Assembly (NCBI GenBank): GCA_027064425.1
Contig: JAMOPO010000057.1
Location: forward strand, 129,352 to 193,351
DNA from: Methanobacteriota archaeon
GTDB taxonomy: Archaea > JAADCQ01 > Methanopyri > Methanopyrales > Methanopyraceae
Reading direction: 5' to 3'
Length of the DNA: 64,000 bases
Shown here: one piece after another, positions 1 through 12,656 of the stretch
Numbering within the stretch: position 1 is the stretch's first letter
Layout of the letters: each line of letters begins with the position of its first letter
The notes under the pieces: generated by a model
Database searches by the model: none
The model's input: only the letters and a program-made list of their open reading frames with translations
What the model was told of the DNA's origin: nothing
Translations under genes and position numbers: made by a program

Positions 1-885
1 GGCCCAGGCCGGGCCGCGCCTCTCGAGGCAGTACCTGGCGGCCGTCAGCGCGTAGATGAGTCGGCCGGTCACGGAGACGAGGATCACCTTGGGGTGGACG
101 AGGGGCAGCACGTACGTCGTGAGCATGGAGGCGAGAAGGGAGCTGAGGACGAAGGTGGAGAACGCTATCCCGGGGACGTTCCCAACGGACAGGGCCCGGG
201 CAGTCGCTTGATACATTCCCGCCCACCACCTAGCCTGCTGGAGCAGGTTTTGCCGGAGACCGGCGGGATCGTCCATCCAGACCTCCAGCCCGGGCCGGTA
301 CAGGAATCCGGCCTCACCCCACTCGTGGGTGAGTCCGAGGGTGACGTCCTCGGCCAGGTTCTCCGGCAGCCCGTTCTCCCGCAGGAACTCGGTCCGGAAC
401 AGGGCGCCCGTGGTGTAGGCGGGGGCGGACCCGACCACGCGGCCCCAGAACTTGATCCCGCCGCCGATCACGTCGAACTGGAGGGCGACCATCAACCCGA
501 CCAGGCTCTCGCCACGGTAGCGGATCTTCCCGAACGCGAGGTTCCCACCGCTTCGGGAGAGGGCGGACAGCAGCCTCCGCACGTAGTCGCGCGAGCCGAG
601 CTCGTCGCCCGCGTCCAGCAGGAGGATCCACTCGGTCGGCACCTCGGCCTCGCGCAGGGCGGCGTTGACCGTTTCCCCCTTGACGTGACCGCCCGCGAGG
701 ACGACCTCCACCCGCTCGTCGTCCGAGAACCGGTCTCGGAACCGCTCGAAGTCGCGGCGGGACCCGGCCGCGATGATGACCTTCTTGACCCTCACCCCTC
801 GCTGCCGGAGGACGGACCTCAGCGGGCGCTCCACGGCCTCGACCGGCTCGAACTTGGCGGGGATCAGCAGCGTGATCTCGGCCAA
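1..885 (-). CDS. GT2-family glycosyltransferase, membrane-bound, processive-type motifs (partial, runs off the window)
   Basis: Not in the ORF track; translated by hand. GGAGG RBS then TTG at 885, MAEITLLIPAKFEP...LLDAGD...LAEDV...QQARWW (D,D,D,QxxRW-like signature), then hydrophobic helices. Confidence 0.8.
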   Translation of the reverse strand, partial: MAEITLLIPAKFEPVEAVERPLRSVLRQRGVRVKKVIIAAGSRRDFERFRDRFSDDERVEVVLAGGHVKGETVNAALREAEVPTEWILLLDAGDELGSRDYVRRLLSALSRSGGNLAFGKIRYRGESLVGLMVALQFDVIGGGIKFWGRVVGSAPAYTTGALFRTEFLRENGLPENLAEDVTLGLTHEWGEAGFLYRPGLEVWMDDPAGLRQNLLQQARWWAGMYQATARALSVGNVPGIAFSTFVLSSLLASMLTTYVLPLVHPKVILVSVTGRLIYALTAARYCLERRGPAWA

Positions 886-903
886 GCGGGCCTCCTGCCC
901 CGG

Positions 904-1998
904 CTAGTACTCCCGGCACATGTCCAGGAACTCGTCGAACAGCCACCGCGTGTCCCAGGGACCCGGGTTAGCCTCCGGGTGGAACTGGACCGAGAACGCG
1001 GGCGCGTCCGTGTGCACGACGCCCTCCACGGTCCCGTCGTTCACGTTCACCCACCGTACCTCCAGCGGCGTGTCCTCCAGGCTCTCGGGGTCCAGCGCGA
1101 ACCCGTGGTTCTGCGCGGTGATGTACACCCGGCCGTCCCTCAGGTCCTTCACCGGCTGGTTGGCGCCCCGGTGCCCGAACTTCATCTTGAACGTACGACC
1201 GCCCTCAGCCAGTCCGAGGATCTGGTTCCCGAGGCAGATCCCCATCAGGGGGACCTCGCCGACCAGCTCGCGGACCGTCTCGATCGTCTCCCTCACACGC
1301 TTCGGGTCTCCGGGCCCGTTGGACACGAGCACCCCGTCCGGGTCTAGGTCCAGGATCTCCTCCGCCGGCGTGTCGTACGGGACCACGAGCACGCCGGCGC
1401 CACGCTTGGCCAGCTCCCGCAGGATGCCCCGCTTCACCCCGCAGTCGATGACCACCACCTCGGGCTCTCCCTCGGAGAACCGGTAGGGCTCCTCCGTGGA
1501 GACCTTGGGCACCAGGTCGAGCTCGGAGATGTGAGGCACCTGGCGCACCTTCTCCATCAGCTCCTCCCGGCTGGGCGGATCGTCCGGTTCGTAGGGAACG
1601 AGCACGCCGCGCATGGCGCCCTCCGTCCGGATCCGGCGCGTGAGCATCCGGGTGTCGACGCCGGCCAGCCCGGGGACGCCGTTCTCCTCCAGGAACTCGT
1701 CGAGCGTTTTCTCAGCCTTCGGGTGGATGGGCCCGTCGTGGAGGTACCGGACCACGAACCCCTCGACCTGCACCCGGTCGGACTCGCCTACCTCGGAGAT
1801 GACCCCGTAGTTTCCCTGCATGGGCGCGGTCATGATGAGTATTTGACCCTTATATGAGGGGTCCGTGAGCGCCTCCTGGAACCCCGTGTGCGAAGTGTTG
1901 AAGACCACCTCTCCCTCGACCTCCCGGGGGCAGCCGAAGAGCTCCCCGTGCACCACCGTCCCGTCCTCGAGCGCCAGGGCCGCCCGCAAGTCAGCCAC
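904..1998 (-). CDS. carA: Carbamoyl-phosphate synthase small subunit
   Basis: GTG start (VADLRAALALEDG); GEVVFNT, SNGPGDP, GICLG, HRGANQP and VQFHPE motifs. Confidence 0.97.
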   Translation of the reverse strand: MADLRAALALEDGTVVHGELFGCPREVEGEVVFNTSHTGFQEALTDPSYKGQILIMTAPMQGNYGVISEVGESDRVQVEGFVVRYLHDGPIHPKAEKTLDEFLEENGVPGLAGVDTRMLTRRIRTEGAMRGVLVPYEPDDPPSREELMEKVRQVPHISELDLVPKVSTEEPYRFSEGEPEVVVIDCGVKRGILRELAKRGAGVLVVPYDTPAEEILDLDPDGVLVSNGPGDPKRVRETIETVRELVGEVPLMGICLGNQILGLAEGGRTFKMKFGHRGANQPVKDLRDGRVYITAQNHGFALDPESLEDTPLEVRWVNVNDGTVEGVVHTDAPAFSVQFHPEANPGPWDTRWLFDEFLDMCREY

Positions 1999-2048
1999 CC
2001 CAGTCCCGCCGGATCGCCGGAGTAAAAGTCTCCTCGGGGTGCCCCACG

Positions 2049-3416
2049 TTGCTGGAGGGACTGAGGGCGACGCTGAGGAGGGTCTCGGACGCGCGGTTGG
2101 AGTCCCTGCTGGGCAAGGACGAGCTGGACTTCCAGGTGTTCGTGAAGGGCGCCATCGGCGCACTGCGCGACGGGATCCGGCGGCTTGCGGGCCTGAACCC
2201 GGAGGCGGCGGCCGGATACGCCGCCGCGAGGCGCGGGTACCGGACGGAGACGCTGAGGGAGCTCACCCGGGCCGTGGAAGGCAGGGCGGAGCACCTGGCG
2301 GTTCGCGCCCTGCAGCTGTACAAGGCGGCCTGCTGGGACGTTCTCGAGGATTCGGAGGAGATCATGGGGGTGGGCGTCGCCGTCGACCTCCGAGAGGGTC
2401 GGGTGGTCGTCCGCAAGAGCCCCAAGGAGCGGGAGTACGAGCCGATCTCGAAGGCTTACGACCTGCCGGACGACCCGCACGAGCTGGTGACGGAGCTCGT
2501 CGACCGGTACGACCTTGATTTTATCTACGTGGCGGACCTGGACGCGATTCTGGACGGGGAGCCCGGTTCGGACCTGGAGTTCCTGGAGTCCGTCGAGGTA
2601 CCCGCGTTCGTCGACACGGGGCGCTGCGACGTGGAGCTACCCTCCAACGCCCGGCGCATCCTGCCTACGGAGTGCTACGACGATGCCGAGGACTACCTCG
2701 AGGATCTGGAAACGCTTGAGGACGCCGTCGCGGGCCTGGACCTCGACGGGTCCAAGGTGATGGGCCCGTGGGAGCGGGTGGGGGAGTTCCTGGACGACGT
2801 CGTGGAGCTCGTTTGCAGCCGGCGGCCGGGAGCCGTGGTGGTGGACGTCGGGGCCGTCGGATCGGGCGAGGGGCCGCCGTTCGAGGCCGGCGCGTCCGTG
2901 GGCATGTACTGCGACGCGATCATAGGTGGAGGCGTCGGGTGCCTGAAGCACCTGGAGCTGGCGCTCGGGACCCCGGGCGTGGTGGGAGTTATCGTCGGCA
3001 CGCTCCTGTTCGAGGGGGTGAATCCCATGAAGCTGGAGGAGGCCAAGAAGCGTGGGAGGGAGCTTCGGGTGCACCACATGGGGCTGGAGGAGGAGTACCT
3101 GGAGCTCATCAAGGAGGGCAAGAAGACGGTGGAGGGGCGGGTGAAGGACGACAAGCGCGTGAGGATCAAGCCCGGTGATAAGATCCTGTTCAACCGGCGG
3201 CTCCTGGTCGAGGTCGTGGACGTGCGGGAGTACGACTCGTTCGAGGAGATGCTCCGGGAGGAGGGTCTCGAGAACGTCCTCCCGAACGTGGACTCCATCG
3301 AGGAGGGCGTGGAGGTGTACCGGAAGTTCTACTCCAGCGGTAAGGAGAAGATGTTCGGGGTCCTCGCCATCGAGATCCGGCCGCTGATGGACCTGTTCGA
3401 GGACATCTGCGACTGA
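2049..3416 (+). CDS. HisA/HisF-related TIM-barrel protein fused to a C-terminal ASCH (PUA-like) domain
   Basis: VAVDLREGRVV, YVADLDAI, VGSGEGP, GGGV; C-terminal YLELIKEGKKTVEGR...PGDKILF. Start uncertain. Confidence 0.75.
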   Translation: MLEGLRATLRRVSDARLESLLGKDELDFQVFVKGAIGALRDGIRRLAGLNPEAAAGYAAARRGYRTETLRELTRAVEGRAEHLAVRALQLYKAACWDVLEDSEEIMGVGVAVDLREGRVVVRKSPKEREYEPISKAYDLPDDPHELVTELVDRYDLDFIYVADLDAILDGEPGSDLEFLESVEVPAFVDTGRCDVELPSNARRILPTECYDDAEDYLEDLETLEDAVAGLDLDGSKVMGPWERVGEFLDDVVELVCSRRPGAVVVDVGAVGSGEGPPFEAGASVGMYCDAIIGGGVGCLKHLELALGTPGVVGVIVGTLLFEGVNPMKLEEAKKRGRELRVHHMGLEEEYLELIKEGKKTVEGRVKDDKRVRIKPGDKILFNRRLLVEVVDVREYDSFEEMLREEGLENVLPNVDSIEEGVEVYRKFYSSGKEKMFGVLAIEIRPLMDLFEDICD

Positions 3417-4217
3417 TCACTCCAGGATGGGACCCTCCGGGCTCGGGATGAACCCGATGCGCTCCAGGAACTTGTCGTCGTACACCAGCTCAATCTCGGT
3501 GCCGCCCAGGTAGGGACCCACCCGGTGCAGGACGCCGGGGGCGTCGGTATCCTCGTCGAGCACCACCTCGTTCTCCAGGAGCCCCCACCGCTCGATCCGG
3601 ATGACGCGGCGACCGAAACCGGCCTTGTTCAGCGCTCGCTGGAGTCGTTTCCGAGTGATTCCGGAGACGATCATCCGGTCGTACGGGTCGGCGGCCATCT
3701 CGAGCAGGTACTCTACTTGCTCGTCCGTCAGCTTGGCCTCGATCTCCCCCTTCTCCTCGTCCACCTCCACGATCTCTACCTCGAGTGGTAAGTTCTCGAC
3801 GAAGCCGAAACTGCGGCCGATATCCCGAACCGAGGCCTTCTCACCGTCGAGCAGCTGCTCCCTCAGTCGGTACAGCGGGATCAGCGCGTCGACCACCTTA
3901 GGACCCACCACCCCGATGTCCACGTAGACGCCGTACCCGACCTTGTAGAGGTCGATGATCTTTCCATAAATCACGTCGCCGGGCACCAGGTCGAACAGCG
4001 ACCTGACGGTGTCGAACTCCTCGATCAACCGCTCCGCCGCCTCCTCCGCGTCGGGTCCGCGGAGCTTCAGGGTCGCCCACGAGCGGAAGTTCTTCTTCAC
4101 CTCCTCGATCCTCACCTCGAGGTCGCTCAGTAGCTGCCTGACCTGAGTCAGCAGCGACTCCTCGGCCCCGCCGTCCCGGTACAGCTTTTCCAGTATCGTA
4201 ACGTGGACCACCGGCAC
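3417..4217 (-). CDS. DUF2110-family protein (S1-like domain)
   Basis: GKIIDLYKVGYGVYVDIG; typical position downstream of tfe and the HD gene. Confidence 0.75.
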   Translation of the reverse strand: MPVVHVTILEKLYRDGGAEESLLTQVRQLLSDLEVRIEEVKKNFRSWATLKLRGPDAEEAAERLIEEFDTVRSLFDLVPGDVIYGKIIDLYKVGYGVYVDIGVVGPKVVDALIPLYRLREQLLDGEKASVRDIGRSFGFVENLPLEVEIVEVDEEKGEIEAKLTDEQVEYLLEMAADPYDRMIVSGITRKRLQRALNKAGFGRRVIRIERWGLLENEVVLDEDTDAPGVLHRVGPYLGGTEIELVYDDKFLERIGFIPSPEGPILE

Positions 4218-4223
4218 GGCCGC

Positions 4224-4748
4224 TCACCACCGGTCAAGCTCTGGCGGTATAGCGTTCAGCTCGGACAGCTCGCGGTGCAGCTCGACGAGCCTGCGAACGG
4301 GCGGGGCGTCCTCTCCCAGCTTCTCGGAGAACTTGCGGACGACGGCTTTGATCGGAACGTGCTCGGTCCCGAACGTCAGGTTGTCCGCGTGCGCTACGAT
4401 CTTCTCCTCTAAGGTCTCCGGCACGTAATCCTTCGGCGGCAGCCCCAGCTCCTCGGCCTCCTCTTTCGGTATCCCGGCCCCGATGTGACGCTCCACGATG
4501 CGGGCGACCCGCTCCGGGTACCCCAGCTCCCGGACGATCTGGGCCCCGACGACCGCGTGATCGATCCCGTGCGTCTTCGACCGGCCGATGTCGTGCAGCA
4601 GCGCTCCCACGCGAACTAGCTCGACGTCGACGTCCTCCCGACAGCGCTCGGCCATCTCGACGGCGAGCTCGCAGACGGCCTTGCAGTGGTTGATCACGCG
4701 CCTGGGACAGCCGACGCGCTTCAGGTCTTCAATCGGATCCCTGTCCAC
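4224..4748 (-). CDS. HD/HDIG-domain metal-dependent phosphohydrolase (TIGR00295-like)
   Basis: LLHDIG, HGIDHA, ERHIGAG, EEKIVAHAD. Confidence 0.9.
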   Translation of the reverse strand: MDRDPIEDLKRVGCPRRVINHCKAVCELAVEMAERCREDVDVELVRVGALLHDIGRSKTHGIDHAVVGAQIVRELGYPERVARIVERHIGAGIPKEEAEELGLPPKDYVPETLEEKIVAHADNLTFGTEHVPIKAVVRKFSEKLGEDAPPVRRLVELHRELSELNAIPPELDRW

Positions 4749-5310
4749 TGAGCCGATCCCTGAGCTCCCGGAGCCGCCGGATCTCCTCTTTTAACTCCTC
4801 CGCCAGCCTCTCCAGCCGCTCGCGCTCCTCCGTCGTGTCGACCTCCTGCAGCATCTCGCCGCAGTTAGGGCACCTGAACTCGTGCTCCATGGCCTCCTCG
4901 AAGCTCAGGGTGGGGCACTCGTCGTTGCCGCAGTGAAACACCGGATGGGACATGTCGTTGTTGAGCGCCTGCTCCACGTCCTCCAGCTCCCGCTCCTTGA
5001 CCTCGAGGCCCCGGCGGAGGACCTCCCGCAGGTCGAGGTTCCAGGAGTAAACGGGGTACCGGTAGTCCTCGCGCCGCTCCTTCCTGAAGGACACCACGCC
5101 GCGCTCGTGCAGCTTGTAGAGCACCTTCCGCACCTCCCGCGGGTCGACCCCCAGCTCGCCCGCGATCTCCTCGTCGATGGCCTCCCGCTTCAGGATGATG
5201 TCGACGGTTTTTTCAGCCACCTCCGGGTCTATCCCCTCCTCTTCCTCCAGCAGCGACAGGGTCACCTCTTTAATTACCTTCAAGTCCTTTTCAGTCAGGC
5301 TCGAGTGCAT
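4729..5310 (-). CDS. tfe: Transcription factor E (TFIIE alpha)
   Basis: Winged helix DEEIA...VRKVLYKL...YSW; Zn ribbon FHC...C...FEEAMEHEFRCPNCG. Confidence 0.93.
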   Translation of the reverse strand: MHSSLTEKDLKVIKEVTLSLLEEEEGIDPEVAEKTVDIILKREAIDEEIAGELGVDPREVRKVLYKLHERGVVSFRKERREDYRYPVYSWNLDLREVLRRGLEVKERELEDVEQALNNDMSHPVFHCGNDECPTLSFEEAMEHEFRCPNCGEMLQEVDTTEERERLERLAEELKEEIRRLRELRDRLSGQGSD

Positions 5311-5327
5311 CGGAGTTACCCCGCCCC

Positions 5328-5996
5328 TCACAGGATGCGTTTCAGGCATGTAATAAACTTGTGTAACCGTCTAAAGGTGTCGCGTCGGGGGTGCACTATC
5401 ACGGCCGATCCTTCTCCCTCCGCTATGATTTCGGCGGCGCTCTCCGGGTCCTCATCGTCGACCGTGTACTGGTCAATCCCCACCCCCTCCACGTAGTCCA
5501 CTCCGAGCTCGTCGAGAATACCCTTGATCCAATCCGGCGTCCGGACGCCGATCAGCATCTTCAGGCCGGCATCCCGGGCCGCCCGGCCGAACCCGTACAC
5601 CACGGAGGGGTGCAGCTTCGGGCCCAGGTCCTCCTTCCAGCCTCGCCTCGGCACCTTCCCCTTGAAGAAGGCGGTGTGGAGGGCCCCGCACAGCGTCAGG
5701 TACTTCGCGCCCTCCACGAGCCGCAGCGCCTCGAAGACCGCCTCCCGAATCTTCCCCTCCGGGATCCCCGTGGCCAGCGAGGTTCGGTGAATCCCTATGT
5801 ACCCCGGGCTGAGGTGGAGCGCCAGCTCGTACCCCTCCTTACCCAGCCGGTCCACGTAGCGTACGTCCGGGTGGTACTTCTTCACGCTCCCCGCGATGGA
5901 CCACACGATCTTCCCGCCCAGGTGCTCCACGCGCCGCCGCGCCAGCTCCACCTCCGAGTCGGGAACCTCCTTCTTCGACGGGTGATCGATGAACAC
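5328..5996 (-). CDS. Hypothetical protein
   Basis: 222-aa ORF with host-like codon use between purL and tfe; no family recognised. Confidence 0.6.
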   Translation of the reverse strand: MFIDHPSKKEVPDSEVELARRRVEHLGGKIVWSIAGSVKKYHPDVRYVDRLGKEGYELALHLSPGYIGIHRTSLATGIPEGKIREAVFEALRLVEGAKYLTLCGALHTAFFKGKVPRRGWKEDLGPKLHPSVVYGFGRAARDAGLKMLIGVRTPDWIKGILDELGVDYVEGVGIDQYTVDDEDPESAAEIIAEGEGSAVIVHPRRDTFRRLHKFITCLKRIL

Positions 5997-6023
5997 GAGG
6001 AACTCGCTCAGCGGCGCTCCCCC

Positions 6024-8198
<2,175 letters not shown>

Positions 8199-8205
8199 GG
8201 GGAGG

Positions 8206-8279
8206 CCCCCTCGGGGAGTGCGTAACGTCGTCACTCCCGGCCCCGAAGGTCGGCAGACAGCGGGCTCCTCATCGGGGGG
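8206..8279 (-). ncRNA. C/D box sRNA (probable 23S rRNA methylation guide)
   Basis: C ATGAGGA, 12 nt, D' CCGA ... C' GTGACGA, 13 nt, D CCGA; terminal C/G stem. Guides are antisense to CAGACAGCGGG and GAGTGCGTAAC. Confidence 0.8.
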
Positions 8280-9156
8280 ATAAATCGACCGCGTACTCCC
8301 ACAGCGGCCGGACCTCGAGCTCACCCTCCAGGGTTCGGGCGCACATCGGGCACGGGGTTAGCACCGGCTCCCCAGCCCGCCGGAGGGCGCGAACGGTGGC
8401 GGGGGACGGCTTGCCGACCAGCGCCCCTCCCCCGCAGCACCGGAGCCGCCGGGGCGGGACCCTGACCCCGGGGAGGGCGGACAGGACCTCGTCGTCCACC
8501 CCGTGCCGTAGGAGGTGGCAGGGGGACTTGTAGGTGGCCCCCTCGGGTACGCCCTCGAACTCGGCGATGGCCGCGTAGTACAGCGGGCGCTCACCCAGCA
8601 CCTCGACGCAGAAGTCGAGGCAGCCGGGGCAGAACACGACCACCGCGTCGTACTCATCGAAGAGCTCCCGCCACCGCTCCCGGACCCGCTCCGGCACCTC
8701 CTCCCCGCGCTTCCGGGCGAAGTTCAGGCAGCAGGGCTCCTCGCGGCCCAGCGTGGCCAGTCCCGCCCGCCGCACTAACCTCAGGGCTGACTCCAGCCAC
8801 TCGCGGCGGCTCCGGATCGTGCAGCCGAGGACGGCGACGACGTCCCCGTCCAGGGGCTCCTCCTCGCCCTCCAGCTTTCGATCGTAAGGGGTGCCCCGGC
8901 TCAGGGCGCGCTTGACGGCTTCCGGCGTCGGCTCCTCCTCCCGGAGCTCGGCGAGGATCTCGGTGTGGGGGATCCCGTGCGGGCAGACCCGCTCGCAGAG
9001 TCCGCACAGCGTGCAGTCGGAGGCGAGCTCGAGCGCCTCCTCCACGCGACCCGCGGCGGCTAGGGTGTTGAACCGGCGCCGGGGGACGTCCATCGGGCAG
9101 CGGGACTCGCAGGCCCCGCACCCGTCGCAGCGGGTGAGGGCGCGCTCGGGGTTCAC
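8269..9156 (-). CDS. Fe-S oxidoreductase, GlpC/HdrD-like (two 4Fe-4S motifs plus CCG-type motifs)
   Basis: [27 protein letters not shown]...CPGC, CCGGG...CPMC. Confidence 0.8.
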   Translation of the reverse strand: MNPERALTRCDGCGACESRCPMDVPRRRFNTLAAAGRVEEALELASDCTLCGLCERVCPHGIPHTEILAELREEEPTPEAVKRALSRGTPYDRKLEGEEEPLDGDVVAVLGCTIRSRREWLESALRLVRRAGLATLGREEPCCLNFARKRGEEVPERVRERWRELFDEYDAVVVFCPGCLDFCVEVLGERPLYYAAIAEFEGVPEGATYKSPCHLLRHGVDDEVLSALPGVRVPPRRLRCCGGGALVGKPSPATVRALRRAGEPVLTPCPMCARTLEGELEVRPLWEYAVDLSPR

Positions 9157-10607
9157 CCCTCAAACCCCTTCCAGACGGGGTGCGGGGTGACCTCCTCCAG
9201 GCCCCGCTTCTCCACGCGCTTGGCCGTCTCCAGGGCGAGCTCGGCCAGCTCGTCCGGCACCCAGCCCTTGTCCACGGCCTCCTCCAGCTCGTCCTCGTCG
9301 ACGATCTCCCGCTCGTCCTCCTCGGGCTCGACCACGTCGACCTCCAGGTCCACGTAGCGCGCACCGTCCTTGGTGATCTCGACGGGCGTGTTGATGTTGT
9401 AGTACCGGCCCTTGAGCTCGCCGTCCTTGCTGTAGTACTCGTGCACGATGACCATGGAGCCGTCCGGGATCAGGGTGATCGCGTAGTCACCCTCCTCGAT
9501 GGGCTTGTTCAGGCCGTCGTAGTACCCCGGACCCTTCATCCGCCGCCGGACCTTGAGCAGGCCCTCCTTCGGGTCGTACTCCTCCACCTCCGGGTCGCCA
9601 CCGAGCTTCTTCACCCCACGCCCGGGCTTGACGTGGTAGATGTCGATGCGGTCGCCCTCGGAGGGCCCCTCGGACTTGGCCAGGCACTCGATCAGGCGCT
9701 CGGCGACGGACTCCTCGTCCAGGTCCTCGAGGAAGGGCTCGACGGTGTCCACGGCGACGCTCGCGGCGAGGCTGCGGCACTTGAAGTAGTGGTGCCCGGT
9801 GATGGTCGGGAGGACGCGGGATCGGACGGTGTCGAGGTGGTGCTTGGCGAGGGCGTGGAGCTCGACCTCGGCCTCGCGGTACTCGATGATGGGCCCGGGC
9901 TCGTCCATCTCCTCGGCGCGCTTGAACAGCTCCTTCCGCTCCTCGATCAGCCGCTCGACCTCCTCGGCCAGCTCGTCCCCGGAGCGCCCCTCCGCGGCGG
10001 TGCGCCAGATCAGGCCCCACCCCTCGGGCACGAGGGCCTCGCCCAGCCGGATGAGCCGCTCCCGCTCCTTCTCGTCCTCGATCTTCCGGCTCACCTTGAC
10101 CCCCTCGACGGGGACGAGGACGGCGTACTCGCCGGCCACGGAGACCTCGGTGGTCAGCCTGAGCGGCCCGTCGGATACGGACTCGGAGACCTGGACGACG
10201 ACCTCCTCCCCCTCCTCCACCACCTCGGACTCCTCCTCGCTGAGGAACCCTCGGAGGCCGGACCCCAGGTCGACGACGGCCACGCCCGCCCGGTCGTCGA
10301 TCTCCTCGACCACGCCCTTGAACACGCTGCCCTCGCCGACGCGCTCGGTCGTGATCGTGGCGAGCGTCTCCCGTTGGAGGAGCCTCAGGAACTCCTCGAC
10401 CGCCTCCCGCTCCCCGTGCACCTGGATCCCGTGCCGGTTCCGGGTGTCGCGGACGTCCACGTCCGGGGAGCCGTCCTCGAACTCCTCGTCCGGGAAGCGC
10501 TCGAGGATGTCGTCGGAGGGCTGGGTGACCCTGAACCCGTAGTCCAGGCACAGTCGGGTCAGGGCCGTGGAGTATATCCCGCGGATCCTGACCCGGTAGT
10601 CGCTCAT
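9153..10607 (-). CDS. fau-1: FAU-1 / RNase E-G-like RNA-binding ribonuclease (DUF402)
   Basis: [18 protein letters not shown]-terminus, S1 domain, YYNINTPVE...YVDLEVDVV. Confidence 0.88.
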   Translation of the reverse strand: MSDYRVRIRGIYSTALTRLCLDYGFRVTQPSDDILERFPDEEFEDGSPDVDVRDTRNRHGIQVHGEREAVEEFLRLLQRETLATITTERVGEGSVFKGVVEEIDDRAGVAVVDLGSGLRGFLSEEESEVVEEGEEVVVQVSESVSDGPLRLTTEVSVAGEYAVLVPVEGVKVSRKIEDEKERERLIRLGEALVPEGWGLIWRTAAEGRSGDELAEEVERLIEERKELFKRAEEMDEPGPIIEYREAEVELHALAKHHLDTVRSRVLPTITGHHYFKCRSLAASVAVDTVEPFLEDLDEESVAERLIECLAKSEGPSEGDRIDIYHVKPGRGVKKLGGDPEVEEYDPKEGLLKVRRRMKGPGYYDGLNKPIEEGDYAITLIPDGSMVIVHEYYSKDGELKGRYYNINTPVEITKDGARYVDLEVDVVEPEEDEREIVDEDELEEAVDKGWVPDELAELALETAKRVEKRGLEEVTPHPVWKGFEG

Positions 10608-10634
10608 CCGGGGACACCCCTGGGGGGCGTCGCG

Positions 10635-10934
10635 TTGGCCGACGCCGGCGTGCTGGAGGAGGTGTTCGAGGTGATCCGGCGCCGGATCGAGGAGCGGCCC
10701 GAGGGTTCCTACGTGGCCGAGCTGACGAGCGACGACGGCAAGCCCGCGTTGAACAAGATCTGCGAGAAGATCATCGAGGAAGCCGGCGAGCTGGTCCTGG
10801 CCGCTAAGGACGGTGACCGGGAGGGCGTGGTTTATGAATCCACCGACCTGATCTTCCACACGATGGTGCTGCTGGCCTACATGGGCATCGAGCTAGGGGA
10901 GGTGTTCGATGAGTTCGAGCGAAGGAGGCGGTGA
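10635..10934 (+). CDS. hisE: Phosphoribosyl-ATP pyrophosphatase
   Basis: [24 protein letters not shown]; TTG start. Confidence 0.95.
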   Translation: MADAGVLEEVFEVIRRRIEERPEGSYVAELTSDDGKPALNKICEKIIEEAGELVLAAKDGDREGVVYESTDLIFHTMVLLAYMGIELGEVFDEFERRRR

Positions 10935-11247
10935 GGAGCTGGAGCCTCCGGTACCCGAGGACGCGAAGTACGCGTACTACGTCGTCCTGTTCCAGAACCC
11001 GGAGGACGGGAACTGGGACCTGTTCGCAGTCATCCGCGGGTACCCTGGGCTCAAGGAGCCGTACGCCATCGCCGTGCACCTGGCCAAGACGGTGGAGGAA
11101 GCCCTTAAGGAGGTGGACGAGGACCTGAGCGTGGAGCTGCAGGTCGTGCCCGTGGGCGGCGAGTCCGGGGTGCCCGAGTCGGAAACCGTCAAGCTGCTCG
11201 AGGCCGTGGACGAGCTGCTTGAGGAGGCGAGCAGGCGGCGAGGATGA
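10909..11247 (+). CDS. Hypothetical protein
   Basis: GGAGGTG RBS before the ATG; host-like codon use. Confidence 0.6.
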   Translation: MSSSEGGGEELEPPVPEDAKYAYYVVLFQNPEDGNWDLFAVIRGYPGLKEPYAIAVHLAKTVEEALKEVDEDLSVELQVVPVGGESGVPESETVKLLEAVDELLEEASRRRG

Positions 11248-11299
11248 CGAGTTCTGAGGACGGTGACCATCCCGGGATGATCGGTGCGGGCGAGGCCGA
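11244..11299 (+). ncRNA. Candidate C/D box sRNA
   Basis: ATGACGA, 12 nt, GTGA ... ATGATCG, 12 nt, CCGA; fills the gap between two CDS. Confidence 0.6.
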
Positions 11300-11300
11300 C

Positions 11301-12656
11301 ATGACGACCCGGGTAATCGTCGTCGGGGCGGGCCCGGCCGGCCTGTTCGCCGCCCGCGAGGTCGCCCTACGCGCGGAGAGGGACGTCGAGGTGATCATCT
11401 TCGAGCAGGGTCCGGACGTGGACGAGCGGTTGGAGAAGGGCGAGGTCATGCGCGGGGTGGGCGGGGCGGGCGGCCTCTCCGACGGCGTGCTCAACCTGCG
11501 CCCGGACGTCGGCGGCGACCTGGTCGAGATCGTGGGTAACCGGCGCGAGGCCGAGCGGCTGGTCGAGTACGTGGACGAGGTCTTCCTGAAGCACGGCGCC
11601 CCGAAGGACCTGCGCGAGCCCAAGGGACCCAAGGCCGAGGAGATCGCCCGCCGGGCCGCCGCCGCGAACGTCGAGTTCGTCCGGATCCCGCAGCGGCACA
11701 TCGGCTCGGACAACCTGCCCAAGGTGATCAAGTCCTTCGTCCGGGAGCTTGAGGACCTCGGCGTCCAGATCGTCACCAAGACGCGCGTCGAGCGGATCCT
11801 GGCCTCGGGCGAGGAGGTGCGGGGCGTCCGGCTCGAGGACGGTCGGGAGGTGGAGGCGGACTACGTGATCGTCGCGCCCGGCCGGGTCGGCGCCGACTGG
11901 ATGATCCGCGAGGCCAAGCGGCTGGGCCTCGGCATCCGCTACAACCCGATCGACGTGGGCGTCCGCGTGGAGGTTCCGAAGGTCGTGATGGATCCGATCA
12001 TCGAAATCTCCCTGGACCCCAAGTTCCGCATGCGCACGCCCACGTACGACGACCAGGTCCGCACCTTCTGCGTCTGCCACGGTGGGTACGTGGTCAAGGA
12101 GAAATACGAGGGCTTCGTGGGCGTGAACGGGCACTCGTACCGGAAGAAGAAGTCCGAGAACACGAACTTCGCCTTCCTCGTGAGCATCGACCTGACCGAG
12201 CCCGTCGAGAACACGATCAAGTACGGCCGGTCCATCGGCGAGCTCGCGACCACCATCGGCGGTAACCGGCCCATCCTGCAGCGCCTGGGTGACCTGCGGC
12301 GCGGTCGACGCTCCACCTGGGAGCGGATCAACCGGTCCCAGGTCACGCCCACCCTGACGGACGTGACCCCGGGCGACGTGTCCATGGCCCTACCGCACCG
12401 GGTCACGCTCGACATCATCGAGGGCCTAGAGATGCTTGACGAGGTGATCCCGGGCGTGGCCTCCGACTCCACCCTGCTCTACGCGCCGGAGATCAAGTTC
12501 TACTCCGCCCGTGTGAAGACGAACGAGGAGCTCGAGACGGCGGTCGAGGGGCTCTTCGTGGCCGGGGACGGGGCCGGCCTCTCCCGGGACATCGTCAACG
12601 CGGCCGCCACCGGCGTCATCGCCGGAAGGGCCGTCGCCGAGCGCGTGGGGGGATGA
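11301..12656 (+). CDS. FAD/NAD(P)-dependent oxidoreductase (COG2509-like)
   Basis: IVVGAGPAG, GGAGGLSDG, VRTFCVC, VNGHS, GDGAG. Confidence 0.85.
   Translation: MTTRVIVVGAGPAGLFAAREVALRAERDVEVIIFEQGPDVDERLEKGEVMRGVGGAGGLSDGVLNLRPDVGGDLVEIVGNRREAERLVEYVDEVFLKHGAPKDLREPKGPKAEEIARRAAAANVEFVRIPQRHIGSDNLPKVIKSFVRELEDLGVQIVTKTRVERILASGEEVRGVRLEDGREVEADYVIVAPGRVGADWMIREAKRLGLGIRYNPIDVGVRVEVPKVVMDPIIEISLDPKFRMRTPTYDDQVRTFCVCHGGYVVKEKYEGFVGVNGHSYRKKKSENTNFAFLVSIDLTEPVENTIKYGRSIGELATTIGGNRPILQRLGDLRRGRRSTWERINRSQVTPTLTDVTPGDVSMALPHRVTLDIIEGLEMLDEVIPGVASDSTLLYAPEIKFYSARVKTNEELETAVEGLFVAGDGAGLSRDIVNAAATGVIAGRAVAERVGG

Noticed and set aside
4183-4205. Weak palindrome-like match AGCTTTTCCA-GTA-TCGTAACGTG
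   Set aside because: The left half lacks the invariant GTTA and it lies in coding sequence.
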